Made by a program: the position numbers and the translations under genes. A model generated the notes under the pieces. It was given only the letters and a program-made list of their open reading frames with translations. It was not told the DNA's origin and did no database searches. 64,000 bases of DNA from an uncultured Burkholderiales bacterium (GTDB lineage Bacteria; Pseudomonadota; Gammaproteobacteria; Burkholderiales; Burkholderiaceae_C): NCBI GenBank assembly GCA_903871545.1, contig CAIQHG010000018.1:5163-69162 (forward strand). Reading direction: 5' to 3'. Shown here one piece after another: positions 51,318 through 61,629 of the stretch (position 1 is the first letter of the stretch; each line of letters begins with the position of its first letter).

Positions 51318-52091
51318 ATGGAAGTAGCAGTCGCAAACAAATCAAAACTTACCGTAAAAGATCTAAATTTTTATTATGGTAAGTTTCATGCTTTAAAAAA
51401 TATTAATCTTGAAATACCTGAAAACCAGGTTACCGCCTTCATTGGACCCTCTGGTTGCGGTAAATCCACTCTCCTGCGCACTTTTAACCGTATGTTTGAG
51501 CTCGATCCAGAGCAACGCGCAGAGGGCGTGATTGAGCTAGACGGGGAGAACTTGTTGACCTCTCAATTGGATATTTCACTGATTCGTGCAAAAGTAGGTA
51601 TGGTTTTTCAAAAACCAACTCCTTTTCCCATGTCAATCTATGACAACATCGCCTTTGGGGTCCGTTTGTTTGAAAATCTCAACCAAAATGACATGGATGA
51701 CCGAGTAGAGTGGGCCCTCAAAAAGGCTGCTCTATGGACAGAGGTCAAAGACAAACTAAACCAAAGTGGTAGCGGTTTATCTGGCGGACAACAACAAAGA
51801 TTGTGTATAGCCAGGGGGATTGCCATCAAGCCTGAGGTACTGTTGTTAGATGAACCCTGCTCAGCCTTAGACCCTATCTCAACTGCAAAGGTTGAGGAAT
51901 TGATCATTGAGCTCAAGCGAGACTACACCGTCGTGATCGTGACACATAATATGCAACAGGCAGCTCGCTGCAGCGATTTCACGGCCTATATGTATTTGGG
52001 CGATTTGGTTGAATTTGGTCCCACTGAGCAACTCTTCTTCAAGCCCCAACGCAAAGAAACAGAGGATTACATCACAGGACGTTTTGGGTGA
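51318..52091 (+). CDS. pstB: Phosphate ABC transporter ATPase PstB
   Basis: [28 protein letters not shown] and YITGRFG motifs. Confidence 0.99.
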   Translation: MEVAVANKSKLTVKDLNFYYGKFHALKNINLEIPENQVTAFIGPSGCGKSTLLRTFNRMFELDPEQRAEGVIELDGENLLTSQLDISLIRAKVGMVFQKPTPFPMSIYDNIAFGVRLFENLNQNDMDDRVEWALKKAALWTEVKDKLNQSGSGLSGGQQQRLCIARGIAIKPEVLLLDEPCSALDPISTAKVEELIIELKRDYTVVIVTHNMQQAARCSDFTAYMYLGDLVEFGPTEQLFFKPQRKETEDYITGRFG

Positions 52092-52142
52092 TATTTTTTA
52101 ATTCCCACCACAAGTAAAAGTAAAGATTTATAAGGATTTCCT

Positions 52143-52844
52143 ATGCCAGATAAACATTTATCGACACAGTTCGACAGCGAGATTAACGACGTATGCTCAA
52201 GAGTGATGGAAATGGGAGGGCTAGTTGAGTCCCAGATCAGACAATCTGTTTACTCTTTGTCTCAACTCAGTACCGAAGTCACTGACCAAGTCGCTGAAGC
52301 TGAGAATAAGGTCAACGCAATGGAGGTTGAGATAGACCGGGAACTCACATCCATTATCGGTAGACGTCAACCCACCGCCAAAGATTTGCGCTTACTCATG
52401 GCTATTTCTAAAATCACTGCCAATTTAGAGCGCGCGGGGGATGAAGCGCAAAAGATTGCCAAAATGGTTAAATCCATTATCCAAGGCGGTGCACCGCGCA
52501 AGTTGCCCGCATCTGAGCTTAGACTTGCAACCGAGATGGCAAGCAGTCAACTTAGAAAGGCACTTGACGGGTTTGCCAGGTTGGATACTCAGTCAGCAGT
52601 TTTAATTTTAAAAGAGGATGATCTGATCGATCAAGAGTTTGACGGTTTCGTTAGAAAACTCATCACCTACATGATGGAAGATCCCAGAACCATCTCTGCA
52701 AGCCTTGATTTGCTATTCATTGCTAAAGCGATCGAGCGAATTGGGGATCATGCAAAGAACATTGCAGAGTGCATCATCTACATCGTGAAGGGTGCTGACA
52801 TCAGACACACTTCAATAGCAGAGATAGAGTCTTCAGTTTTGTAA
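52143..52844 (+). CDS. phoU: Phosphate signalling protein PhoU
   Basis: RQPTAKDLR, LERAGDEA and ERIGDHAKNIAE motifs. Confidence 0.98.
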   Translation: MPDKHLSTQFDSEINDVCSRVMEMGGLVESQIRQSVYSLSQLSTEVTDQVAEAENKVNAMEVEIDRELTSIIGRRQPTAKDLRLLMAISKITANLERAGDEAQKIAKMVKSIIQGGAPRKLPASELRLATEMASSQLRKALDGFARLDTQSAVLILKEDDLIDQEFDGFVRKLITYMMEDPRTISASLDLLFIAKAIERIGDHAKNIAECIIYIVKGADIRHTSIAEIESSVL

Positions 52845-52884
52845 GAAGGATCCCCTCTGTATTTAACAATTTGAATAGAAAAAT

Positions 52885-53586
52885 ATGCGTTCACATTTAC
52901 CCAGAGTTCTCATTGTTGAGGATGAGAAATCGATTGCAGAGTTGATATCTGTTAATTTACGTCATAACGGATTTACTCCGATTTGGTCTGAGGATGGGGA
53001 TACTGCCCAACGAGAAATTGACTCTGTTTTACCAGACGTGATCTTGCTTGACTGGATGCTGCCCGGTCAAAGTGGAGTCACACTTGCTAAGAAATGGCGT
53101 GCAGATCCGAGAATAAAAGCAGTTCCAATATTAATGTTGACTGCAAGAGGGGATGAGAATGACAAAGTGATGGGTTTAGACGCAGGTGCTGATGATTACA
53201 TCACTAAGCCCTTCTCAATCCAAGAGTTGTTGGCCCGCATTCGCGCGGTTTTAAGACGCAGAGCACCCGAGCAAGTTGCGGAGAGCGTAGCAGTAGGGGC
53301 GCTTAGTTTGGACGGGTCCTCTTACCGAGTTACGTACGCTGGACAGTCGCTTAAAATGGGGCCAACTGAGTTTAAACTCCTCAGCTTCTTTATGCACCAC
53401 ACTGAGCGAGTCCATTCGCGTTCTCAACTTTTAGATAAAGTTTGGGGAGACCATGTCTTTATCGAGGAGCGTACTGTCGATGTGCACGTTAAACGCCTGC
53501 GAGAGGCACTTGGAGAGGCGGGCACCATGATTGAGACAGTCAGGGGCGCAGGATATAGGTTGACCGTTAGCTCTCAAATTATTTAG
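52885..53586 (+). CDS. phoB: Phosphate regulon response regulator PhoB
   Basis: LLDWMLPG, GADDYITKPFS and ERTVDVHVKRLR motifs; position in the operon. Confidence 0.97.
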   Translation: MRSHLPRVLIVEDEKSIAELISVNLRHNGFTPIWSEDGDTAQREIDSVLPDVILLDWMLPGQSGVTLAKKWRADPRIKAVPILMLTARGDENDKVMGLDAGADDYITKPFSIQELLARIRAVLRRRAPEQVAESVAVGALSLDGSSYRVTYAGQSLKMGPTEFKLLSFFMHHTERVHSRSQLLDKVWGDHVFIEERTVDVHVKRLREALGEAGTMIETVRGAGYRLTVSSQII

Positions 53587-53588
53587 CA

Positions 53589-54953
53589 ATGCTGGGACAA
53601 CTTTTAAGTCTCATACTTTTACTTTTACTAGGTGCTTTTGCAGGGCATCAACTTTTACAAAGTGATCCCCTTGGCCCCTGCGCGGGGATGTTCTTGGTCT
53701 GCATTTCTTGGTGTTTGTTTGATCAGTACAAAATAAAAAATGTTCTTAAATGGCTCAGAGACACCGAGCTTGAACCTAATCGAGAGATTGTTGCTAAAGG
53801 CGTTGGGGGATATATAAAAATTATTGACCGTGTCGTACGTTTGCAGCGTGCTTTGAAGAGAATAAATGCTGACAACGTGTTGCGTCTAAATGATTTTTTA
53901 TCCGCAATCCAAGTCTCGCCAAACGGAGTATTGCTTCTAGACTCAGAGTCGCGGATTGAATGGTGTAACCAAACAGCCGCATATCAGCTTGGCATTGATA
54001 TGAAAAAGGACGTTATGCAGCTGATTGCGAACTTAGTGCGTGACCCTATTTTTAGTAATTACTTGAAGCATTATGAGACGCAAAAAGAAATCGTAATCCA
54101 GTCCCGCGACAGCAGGCCCGAGATTCCCAGAATGATTTCCTTGCAACTCTTCCCCTACGGTGAGGGACGCCGTTTGTTACTGTCTAGAGACATAACGCAG
54201 TTTGAGCAGGCAGAGGTGATGCGCAGGGATTTTGTCGCAAACGTGTCTCATGAGATTAGAACACCACTCACAGTTTTGGCCGGTTTTGTTGAGACGCTTC
54301 TCACCTTGCCCGTCAGCGATGAGGAGAGACAGCGCTATTTGGAGTTGATGTCTACGCAGGCCACTCGCATGCAAACATTGGTCAATGATTTGTTGACACT
54401 CTCAAAGCTTGAAGGCTCCCCCGTGCCAAGCAAAACTGAGTGGACTCCTGTCATGGTGCTTTGGCGCCAATGCAACCAAGAGGCTCTTTCACTTTCTCAA
54501 CTTTTGTCCCTCCATCCAAGCCAACAAATTAAGTTTGAATGGTTATTGGAGGACGAAAAATGTGAAGTAGCAGGCTCTCGCAACGAACTCTTTAGCGCAA
54601 TGACGAATTTGGTGAGTAACGCTGTACGTTATACCCCTGAGGGAGGCACAATAAACGTATCCTTGACTCAACTCCTTACGGGTGATATTGAGTTCACCGT
54701 AAATGACTCAGGACCAGGTATCGCACCCGAGCACATTCCCCGTTTGACAGAGCGTTTTTACCGAATCGACCGAAGCAGATCGCGCGACAGTGGTGGAACC
54801 GGTCTTGGACTGGCGATTGTGAAACACGTTGCCCAAAGGCATGACTCCTTACTCAGCATATCTAGTCAACTAGGAAAGGGTTCCACCTTTAGCATTCGTA
54901 TACCCTCGGAGAGATTGAGAAAAAGCACCACCGAACCAGCAGGGTTAGTGTAG
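53589..54953 (+). CDS. phoR: Phosphate regulon sensor kinase PhoR
   Basis: PAS domain, FVANVSHEIRTPLT, NLVSNAVRY and GTGLGLAIVKH motifs. Confidence 0.97.
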   Translation: MLGQLLSLILLLLLGAFAGHQLLQSDPLGPCAGMFLVCISWCLFDQYKIKNVLKWLRDTELEPNREIVAKGVGGYIKIIDRVVRLQRALKRINADNVLRLNDFLSAIQVSPNGVLLLDSESRIEWCNQTAAYQLGIDMKKDVMQLIANLVRDPIFSNYLKHYETQKEIVIQSRDSRPEIPRMISLQLFPYGEGRRLLLSRDITQFEQAEVMRRDFVANVSHEIRTPLTVLAGFVETLLTLPVSDEERQRYLELMSTQATRMQTLVNDLLTLSKLEGSPVPSKTEWTPVMVLWRQCNQEALSLSQLLSLHPSQQIKFEWLLEDEKCEVAGSRNELFSAMTNLVSNAVRYTPEGGTINVSLTQLLTGDIEFTVNDSGPGIAPEHIPRLTERFYRIDRSRSRDSGGTGLGLAIVKHVAQRHDSLLSISSQLGKGSTFSIRIPSERLRKSTTEPAGLV

Positions 54954-54967
54954 GTTTTGTTTTTTGA

Positions 54968-56383
54968 CTATATTGATAAAGATTTTAATTTGTAACTTTT
55001 ATCTGCTAAAACCAATAGCGTAATCAGCATAAAAGCACTAATTAAGAGCGCGCAACTGGCCGTAATCCAAAACGCAACTGGATTCAAAAGAGGAAGTATT
55101 GAGCCCGGCCCTTGATAAGCGAGTACATAGCCTCCATAAAGACCAACTCCCCACAGCATTACGCTATAAATTAACAGGGGCTTTAAAGTAATTTTGAAAC
55201 ACCTCAATATGAAAAAGCAAAGTACCTGTAATGAATCGCCAATATGAAAAAGACAAAGCCATCCAAGCATTCTCCCAGCCAGTTCAGCCACCTGTGGGTT
55301 GGGCGCGTAAAGAGCGGCTATTTGGTGTCTAAACAAGGCCAGTAAGCTAATGTTGATAAGGGCCATGCAGATGACATTTTGAAATCCAATTTTGACGGCT
55401 TGAGTACAAAGATTTCTTTTTCCTGCGCCAATCCAGTAACTAACCCGCGCGCTGGTTGCAATGGAGAGTGATAAAGGGACCATGTACATGAGCGCTGCAA
55501 AGTTGGCCACTATTTGGTGGCTTGCTGAGGCGAGTGTGCCCAGTCTTGCAATAAAAAATGCCATCAACGTAAAGGAAGTTACTTCAACCGTAATGCTCAA
55601 AGCGTTTGGTACCCCAAGCCTGGCTAATGCCAAGATTTCGCCCCAATGGATGGCCTCCATAGGCGCCCAAATTCTGTAGGGAACGTAAAGACTTTGAGTT
55701 TTAAGTAAGACAACTGCAAGCGCCATCATCAAATAATTGACGATCAAGGTTGCAAACGCACATCCGCTTAAACCGAAGCCCTCAAAGCTGCCCACTCCAA
55801 GGGTGAGCAATAGAGATAACGGAATTTTTACGCAAAGGGCAGCAATTTGCACCCACATAATTAGTTGAGGTTTGCCTAAACTTTGGTTAAGTGTGCTGAA
55901 CATTCTAAAAAAAAGCGCAGGCGGGAGGGCTGCAGCAAGAATCATTAAATAATTTTGCGCCTCCAAGCGAAGAGTTAGCGGCACTTGCGTTCGCTCGAAA
56001 ATGAAATGTGGGGACAAGAGGGCAAGGACGCCCAGCAAGCTTGCGAATAAAAGAAGATAAATGGATTGTCTAAAAGTGGCCCCTAATGCGTGAGCTTTGC
56101 CCGATCCACGCAGCTCAGACAATACGGGTAAAAGAGCTTGTAAAAGCCCCATTAATGCAACGTACACCGTAATATAAAAGGCTGACCCAATAGAGAGGGT
56201 TGCCAACGCGTGTTCGCTAAAACGCCCTGCAACCACCGTATCTGTGATGCCAAAACTCATGACCGCAAGTTGCCCTACCCAGACTGTGAGGGCGTGACTA
56301 AATATCAACTTTCTCTCAGAAGTTGAGCTCTTGTTCACTTCGACTGTGCTTGGTTCGTGCTCTGGTAGCGCCGCGGGGCTCAT
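54968..56383 (-). CDS. MATE family efflux transporter (NorM-like)
   Basis: 12-TM pattern; GITDTVVAG, LGVPNA...VEVTSF and ASHQIVAN motifs. Confidence 0.93.
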   Translation of the reverse strand: MSPAALPEHEPSTVEVNKSSTSERKLIFSHALTVWVGQLAVMSFGITDTVVAGRFSEHALATLSIGSAFYITVYVALMGLLQALLPVLSELRGSGKAHALGATFRQSIYLLLFASLLGVLALLSPHFIFERTQVPLTLRLEAQNYLMILAAALPPALFFRMFSTLNQSLGKPQLIMWVQIAALCVKIPLSLLLTLGVGSFEGFGLSGCAFATLIVNYLMMALAVVLLKTQSLYVPYRIWAPMEAIHWGEILALARLGVPNALSITVEVTSFTLMAFFIARLGTLASASHQIVANFAALMYMVPLSLSIATSARVSYWIGAGKRNLCTQAVKIGFQNVICMALINISLLALFRHQIAALYAPNPQVAELAGRMLGWLCLFHIGDSLQVLCFFILRCFKITLKPLLIYSVMLWGVGLYGGYVLAYQGPGSILPLLNPVAFWITASCALLISAFMLITLLVLADKSYKLKSLSI

Positions 56384-58152
56384 AGCGTATGCCTAAAGAT
56401 CACAACATCCTCATCAGGGTCAGAGGGCTTCCTAATTGTTTTATAGAGTTGCCAATTGCCTGCTTGGTGTTTGTTGATGATCTTTAGGATTTCCTCTTTG
56501 TGCTCACCGTTGCTTAAAACCCAATTGCACTGCGGATTTGAGTTGCTTGGGTGTTCTCGGATTTGGTCTAACAAAGAGTTAAGGATTTGATCGCTTTTTT
56601 GGAAATCAACTAGCTTGATGTGCTCATGATACTCAAGCGCTATCATTTCAGCCCTATTGAGTTTCCATGCGTAGACACAAGAAGTCTCGCCTGTGCTCGC
56701 ATGTATGAGGCGCGCAAAGGCTGCGTAGCTGCGCGCGTAGTCCACGGGTGGTAGCCATAAACTCATCACCAATAGCCAGCACAGCGCCGCCCCTCCCGCC
56801 GGAAGGATGAGGGTCTTCCAAAGTGCAGCTGGGTTGCGTCCAACTCGCCAGAACACAATAAACCCCCAACTGAGGGTGGCGATTATTGCGAGCACGAACG
56901 ATGAAAACGAGAAGTGTGAAACAAAGCCGGGAATGAGTTTAGCCACATTCTTTGCAGGTTGGGTGGGCCAGCCAGTTTGATAGGCAATCCAAATAACCCA
57001 TATCACAAAAGCGCATCCACTAAAAAGCAGCAGGGTAAACCAATCAATCAGGGCCTTAACACCTCTTTTGAGAGTAGGCAGAGAAAACGCTGCCAAAGCG
57101 GCCATAGAGGGCAGGGCTAGCAAGAGTGTTCTCTCTTGGGAGTAACTGATAAAAGCTCCAAAAGTGATCGTCAAGCTAAAAAGCAGGGGAATGATCAGAT
57201 GACGGCTCCAGTGTGCACTCGCCCATTGATTGCGCCAACGCCACAGGGTCCAAAGCACAAGAGGCCATACGGGCCAACAAAACCATATCCATAGTTTTCC
57301 AAGACTTGGGAGCTCATCCCACGTTTTCTCAAAAGGAGAGATCCTCCACTGCCAAAGATGCAACACCTGAGCGGTGATGCCCAAACCCAAACATAGAATG
57401 AGCATCATAAAGCTGTGCTGTTTGCTGCTGTTAGAGTCTTTGTCAAAGACGCAAACGCCTGCTCCGATTAGGCCCAAAATTATTCCTAAGCTGGGCGCTC
57501 CCATTAAAGTTAGTCCGTATAAACCAATTCCTAAAACCACTTGTGCCTGGTAAGGTTTGTAGGCCATCATCGAGAAACCAAGCATGATCATGCTGACCAT
57601 TGACAATTGACCTACTGTAGGCGTGCTCTCGTGGCCCAACTGGGCTAGACCTAGAGTTGCAATAAGCGCCAAGGTGCTTGCATCTGCGAGTGCGAGTGCG
57701 TAGTCCCTTGGATCAGCTTGGCCACCAAAGGCGAATTCAACCGGTTTAGCTTGAGGGCTAAGGGCAAGAAAGTAAACGCTTTTCCAGGTGCAAAATAAAG
57801 TCAGACTCATTAGCCCGATAAACGGAATGCGAGAGGCTAACCCAATGCTCAGGACGTGCAATTGGTTGGCCAACAATTCAATAGACCATGCGCCTAAGCT
57901 ATAGACCAATGAGCCGTCTATCTCAGGAGGCAGCCCCATGATGGTTGGCGTTAAAAGTGGCCAAACTAATGGGTTTAACTCAGAGCGAGTGAGCTCTAAC
58001 ATATAGCCAAAGGCGGTGATGTCTGCCGCCTTCCAAGGAGCTCTACCCACAAACCCAGCCACTACATAAATCAAACATAAAGAACACAACGCCCAAAGCG
58101 GAAATCTTCTGACCGCGTGTTGGGGAACTATCGAGGGGTTGGGTGAGTTCAC
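56380..58152 (-). CDS. Polytopic membrane protein, ArnT/GT-C-like
   Basis: Multiple TMs, GRAPWK.ADITAFGYM, WFCWPVWP and LLALP motifs; usual position between MATE and rpmE2. Confidence 0.6.
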   Translation of the reverse strand: MNSPNPSIVPQHAVRRFPLWALCSLCLIYVVAGFVGRAPWKAADITAFGYMLELTRSELNPLVWPLLTPTIMGLPPEIDGSLVYSLGAWSIELLANQLHVLSIGLASRIPFIGLMSLTLFCTWKSVYFLALSPQAKPVEFAFGGQADPRDYALALADASTLALIATLGLAQLGHESTPTVGQLSMVSMIMLGFSMMAYKPYQAQVVLGIGLYGLTLMGAPSLGIILGLIGAGVCVFDKDSNSSKQHSFMMLILCLGLGITAQVLHLWQWRISPFEKTWDELPSLGKLWIWFCWPVWPLVLWTLWRWRNQWASAHWSRHLIIPLLFSLTITFGAFISYSQERTLLLALPSMAALAAFSLPTLKRGVKALIDWFTLLLFSGCAFVIWVIWIAYQTGWPTQPAKNVAKLIPGFVSHFSFSSFVLAIIATLSWGFIVFWRVGRNPAALWKTLILPAGGAALCWLLVMSLWLPPVDYARSYAAFARLIHASTGETSCVYAWKLNRAEMIALEYHEHIKLVDFQKSDQILNSLLDQIREHPSNSNPQCNWVLSNGEHKEEILKIINKHQAGNWQLYKTIRKPSDPDEDVVIFRHTL

Positions 58153-58221
58153 TGGGTTACTTTGTGGCGCTAATTCTTGTTCAAGATAACCGGATTTAGA
58201 GGTTTGTTACAGATGGGGAAT

Positions 58222-58257
58222 AAAAAAAGCAGCTACGGTTTCCCGTGCTGCCTTTTT
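58222..58257 (-). terminator. Intrinsic terminator after rpmE2 (bidirectional shape)
   Basis: A7-GCAGC-T-ACGG-TTTC-CCGT-GCTGC-C-T5. Confidence 0.8.
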
Positions 58258-58270
58258 GAGAAATGAGAGG

Positions 58271-58528
58271 TTATTTAGCAGCAGTTTTGCCGTACTTGTT
58301 ACGAAAGCGCTCAACCCGTCCGCCCATTGTGTCCACTGATTTTTGTGTACCAGTGTAAAAGGGATGTGATTCACTTGAAGTGTCAAGTTTGAACAATGGC
58401 AACTCACGCCCATCTTCCATCTTTGTTGTTTCTCTTGAGTTCAAGCAAGAACGAGTCACAAACTTGAAGCCATTTGATAGGTCCACGAAACAAACTTCGC
58501 GGTACTCAGGGTGGATTCCGTCTTTCAT
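58271..58528 (-). CDS. rpmE2: 50S ribosomal protein L31 type B
   Basis: [12 protein letters not shown] and [12 protein letters not shown], no CxxC zinc motifs. Start moved to ATG 58528. Confidence 0.95.
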   Translation of the reverse strand: MKDGIHPEYREVCFVDLSNGFKFVTRSCLNSRETTKMEDGRELPLFKLDTSSESHPFYTGTQKSVDTMGGRVERFRNKYGKTAAK

Positions 58529-58642
58529 TTTTATTCCTTGTATTTCAATTGCGGTAGCCACAGAGAACCATTTCACTGCACTTTTCGCTTAACAGTCAAT
58601 TATGCCACATTAACTTACACATGTGTAAATCAAAAGGATTAA

Positions 58643-59905
58643 TTAACCGCCGCGCCTCATTAAATCAAAGAAATCAACGTTGGTTTTTGTTGACTTCATG
58701 TTCTTGAGCATGAGTTCCATGGATTCAATCTCGTCCATGTTGTAAATGAGTTGTCTAAGAATACGAGTTTTTTGCAAAATCTCGGGAGCAAAAAGAAGCT
58801 CCTCGCGTCTAGTGCCACTGCGGTTGAGTTGAATAGCGGGAAAAACACGCTTTTCGTAAAGACGTCTGTCTAAATGAATCTCGCAGTTACCAGTGCCTTT
58901 GAACTCTTCAAAAATAACTTCGTCCATGCGGCTGCCGGTTTCAACCAACGCAGTTGCAATAATGGTGAGCGATCCGCCTTCCTCAACTTTACGCGCAGCT
59001 CCAAAGAATCTCTTAGGCCGTTGCAATGCATTTGCATCAACACCTCCCGTCAGGACCTTACCCGAACTTGGAACTACATTGTTGTATGCCCGGGCAAGAC
59101 GTGTAATCGAATCAAGCAAAATAACAACATCTTTTTTCAGTTCTACCAAACGCTTTGCACGCTCTATGACCATTTCAGCTACGTGGACGTGCCTGGCTGC
59201 GGCTTCATCGAAAGTTGAAGCAATCACCTCACCTTTCACGCTGCGCTGCATCTCAGTGACCTCCTCAGGTCGCTCATCCACCAAAAGCACCATCATGTGA
59301 GAATCAGGGTAATTTGCGGTGATGGCGTGAGCAATGTGTTGCATCATCACGGTTTTACCGCTCTTTGGGGGAGCAACCAATAAAGCGCGTTGCCCTTTAC
59401 CAATCGGGGCAATGATGTCAATAATTCTGCCGGTGATGTTTTCTTCCCCCTTGATATCTCTTTCAAGGCGCATGTGCTCTTTAGGAAATAAAGGTGTTAA
59501 GTTCTCAAACATCACCTTATGTTTGTTGTTTTCGGGTAAGTCGCCGTTTACTTTGTCAAGCTTAGTCAATGCAAAATAACGCTCGCCTTCTTTTGGAATG
59601 CGGACCTCGCCTTCAACCATGTCGCCTGTATGAAGATTGAACCTGCGAACCTGGCTAGGGCTGATATAGATGTCATCTGTACTGGCAGTGTAGCTAGTGT
59701 CAGGGCTTCTTAGAAAGCCAAAGCCATCGGGTAGTATTTCAAGAACCCCGTCTGCAAACACTTGTTCGCCTGCACGGGCCCTTTTTTTGATGATCGCAAA
59801 CATCAATTCTTGTTTGCGCATACGACCCGTATTTTCTATTTCAAGGTCGTCTGCTTGTTTGAGTACTTCAGACACGTGAAGTGCCTTGAGTTCATTAAGG
59901 TGCAT
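58643..59905 (-). CDS. rho: Transcription termination factor Rho
   Basis: [23 protein letters not shown] and [13 protein letters not shown] motifs. Start moved to ATG 59905. Confidence 0.99.
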   Translation of the reverse strand: MHLNELKALHVSEVLKQADDLEIENTGRMRKQELMFAIIKKRARAGEQVFADGVLEILPDGFGFLRSPDTSYTASTDDIYISPSQVRRFNLHTGDMVEGEVRIPKEGERYFALTKLDKVNGDLPENNKHKVMFENLTPLFPKEHMRLERDIKGEENITGRIIDIIAPIGKGQRALLVAPPKSGKTVMMQHIAHAITANYPDSHMMVLLVDERPEEVTEMQRSVKGEVIASTFDEAAARHVHVAEMVIERAKRLVELKKDVVILLDSITRLARAYNNVVPSSGKVLTGGVDANALQRPKRFFGAARKVEEGGSLTIIATALVETGSRMDEVIFEEFKGTGNCEIHLDRRLYEKRVFPAIQLNRSGTRREELLFAPEILQKTRILRQLIYNMDEIESMELMLKNMKSTKTNVDFFDLMRRGG

Positions 59906-60257
59906 GTATGTATCCCTATGGGGGAGTTCAAAATATAAGAGAGGAGGGGAGATTAGTTGGATTGCTTTGGGCGCGTAACCCAAAATCTGTCACTATTGCG
60001 GTCAAGTTATTTCAAAAGCTATTAAAGATTTTGTTACCGAATCAGCATTATGACAGGAAAAAAGTCCGCAAACTGTCAAACTCGTAATCTTTGGAATTTC
60101 CTTATTTTGGGCACCCCGAGCTTTTCCAAGCCCGGGAGCCCCAAACTAGCCAAAGGAGTATTCGCAGCGCAAGGATTTTTTAGGCCTGGTTTTGAGCGTC
60201 CAAAAGGACGAATTTTAACCTTAACAAGGTCTCAGAACTTAAACCGAAAAATCTAGC

Positions 60258-60590
60258 TTAGGCAAGTTGTTGGTCAATGAACTCGGTTAATTGTGATTTA
60301 GAGAGAGCGCCTACTTTCGTCGCGGCAAGTTGTCCGTTTTTAAAAAGCATGAGTGTGGGGATGCCTCGAATACCAAATTTACCAGGAATCTCGCGGTTAT
60401 CATCCACGTTCATTTTAGTAACCTGCAACTTGCCCTCATAAGTTCCTGCTATTTCGTCCAAAATAGGTGCAATCATTTTGCACGGACCGCACCACTCTGC
60501 CCAATAGTCAACCAATACAGGAGAGCTCGACTGGAGAACCTCTTTTTCAAAAGTGTCGTCTGAGATGTGTTTGATAAGTTCACTTGCCAT
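60258..60590 (-). CDS. trxA: Thioredoxin
   Basis: WAEWCGPCK and GIRGIPTL motifs. Start moved to ATG 60590. Confidence 0.98.
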   Translation of the reverse strand: MASELIKHISDDTFEKEVLQSSSPVLVDYWAEWCGPCKMIAPILDEIAGTYEGKLQVTKMNVDDNREIPGKFGIRGIPTLMLFKNGQLAATKVGALSKSQLTEFIDQQLA

Positions 60591-60846
60591 AGTCTTTCCT
60601 TGTGTCATTGGGGGGATTTTAAGAATTTTAATACTTAGTTCAGTCAGGTGTTGCAAAACTGCTTTCAGGGTTGCTTTTAGGGGCAACCAGATAGAATCAA
60701 AAGTATATTGTGACAGAAAGTTACTGAAAACTATCCGCGCAGGGTCTCTAAGGTGTACTACACTCTTTTGAATAGTCAGCGCGTCTAGGTAGTCCATATT
60801 TAATTCCTGGCCCAAGTTTTTTTCTCTTTAGGGGAGTTTTTCTACT

Positions 60847-61491
60847 ATGTCTTTAACCATCGATGTCATATCGGATATTGTGTGTCCTTGGTGCTACATA
60901 GGGAAGAAAAAACTGCAAACTGCAATAGATATTTATGCATCTCAAAACCCCGATGCTGAAATCCCTCAAGTAAGGTGGCACGCCTTTCAACTCAACCCCG
61001 ATTTGGATGAGTCCGGTATGGACAGAGCCGAGTATGTCTTGAATAAGTTTGGAAATAGAGCCTCTACTGTGTATGACCGGGTCACAAACGTAGGGTTAGA
61101 AGTGGGGATTGAATTTGCTTTTGACAAAATCCAAAGGCAGCCCAACACCCGAAAAGCACACAGCTTAATAGCGGCATGTGCGGAGCCAGCATTACAAGAA
61201 AAAATGGTTCAGCTTTTTTTTGATGCCTATTTCATACTTTCAAAGGATCTAACAGATGATAATGTATTGAGCGCGATTGCATTGGAGGCCGGATTAGATC
61301 AGACCTTAATTGAAAAAGCATTGCATTCAGAAGAGTCTATCAAGGCCGTTGAGAAAGCGGATCAATACGCAAGAAGCATTGGTGTACAAGGCGTTCCTTT
61401 TTTTGTTTTCAATGAAAAAGTCGCCGTCTCAGGCGCTCAGGGGCCCGAGACACTGGTAAACGCGATGACTCATTCTCAAGGAATCGGTTAA
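60847..61491 (+). CDS. DsbA/FrnE family oxidoreductase
   Basis: SDIVCPWCYIGK, FQLNPD and GVQGVPFFVF motifs. Confidence 0.92.
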   Translation: MSLTIDVISDIVCPWCYIGKKKLQTAIDIYASQNPDAEIPQVRWHAFQLNPDLDESGMDRAEYVLNKFGNRASTVYDRVTNVGLEVGIEFAFDKIQRQPNTRKAHSLIAACAEPALQEKMVQLFFDAYFILSKDLTDDNVLSAIALEAGLDQTLIEKALHSEESIKAVEKADQYARSIGVQGVPFFVFNEKVAVSGAQGPETLVNAMTHSQGIG

Positions 61492-61629
61492 TCCCAACTT
61501 TATTCGATCTATTCTTAGCCGCGAAGTGGGTTTAAAGATGTTTAAAAAATAACCATCCCTCCAACCCTCACAGCGCTGAAGCCCGATTCTCTCCACAGAT
61601 TTTATTAGTTTAGTTTTTGCTATATAGAT

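Noticed and set aside
60050-60256. 68-aa ORF between trxA and rho
   Set aside because: No recognisable motif and opposite strand to the trxA-rho unit; better explained as regulatory or structured DNA.
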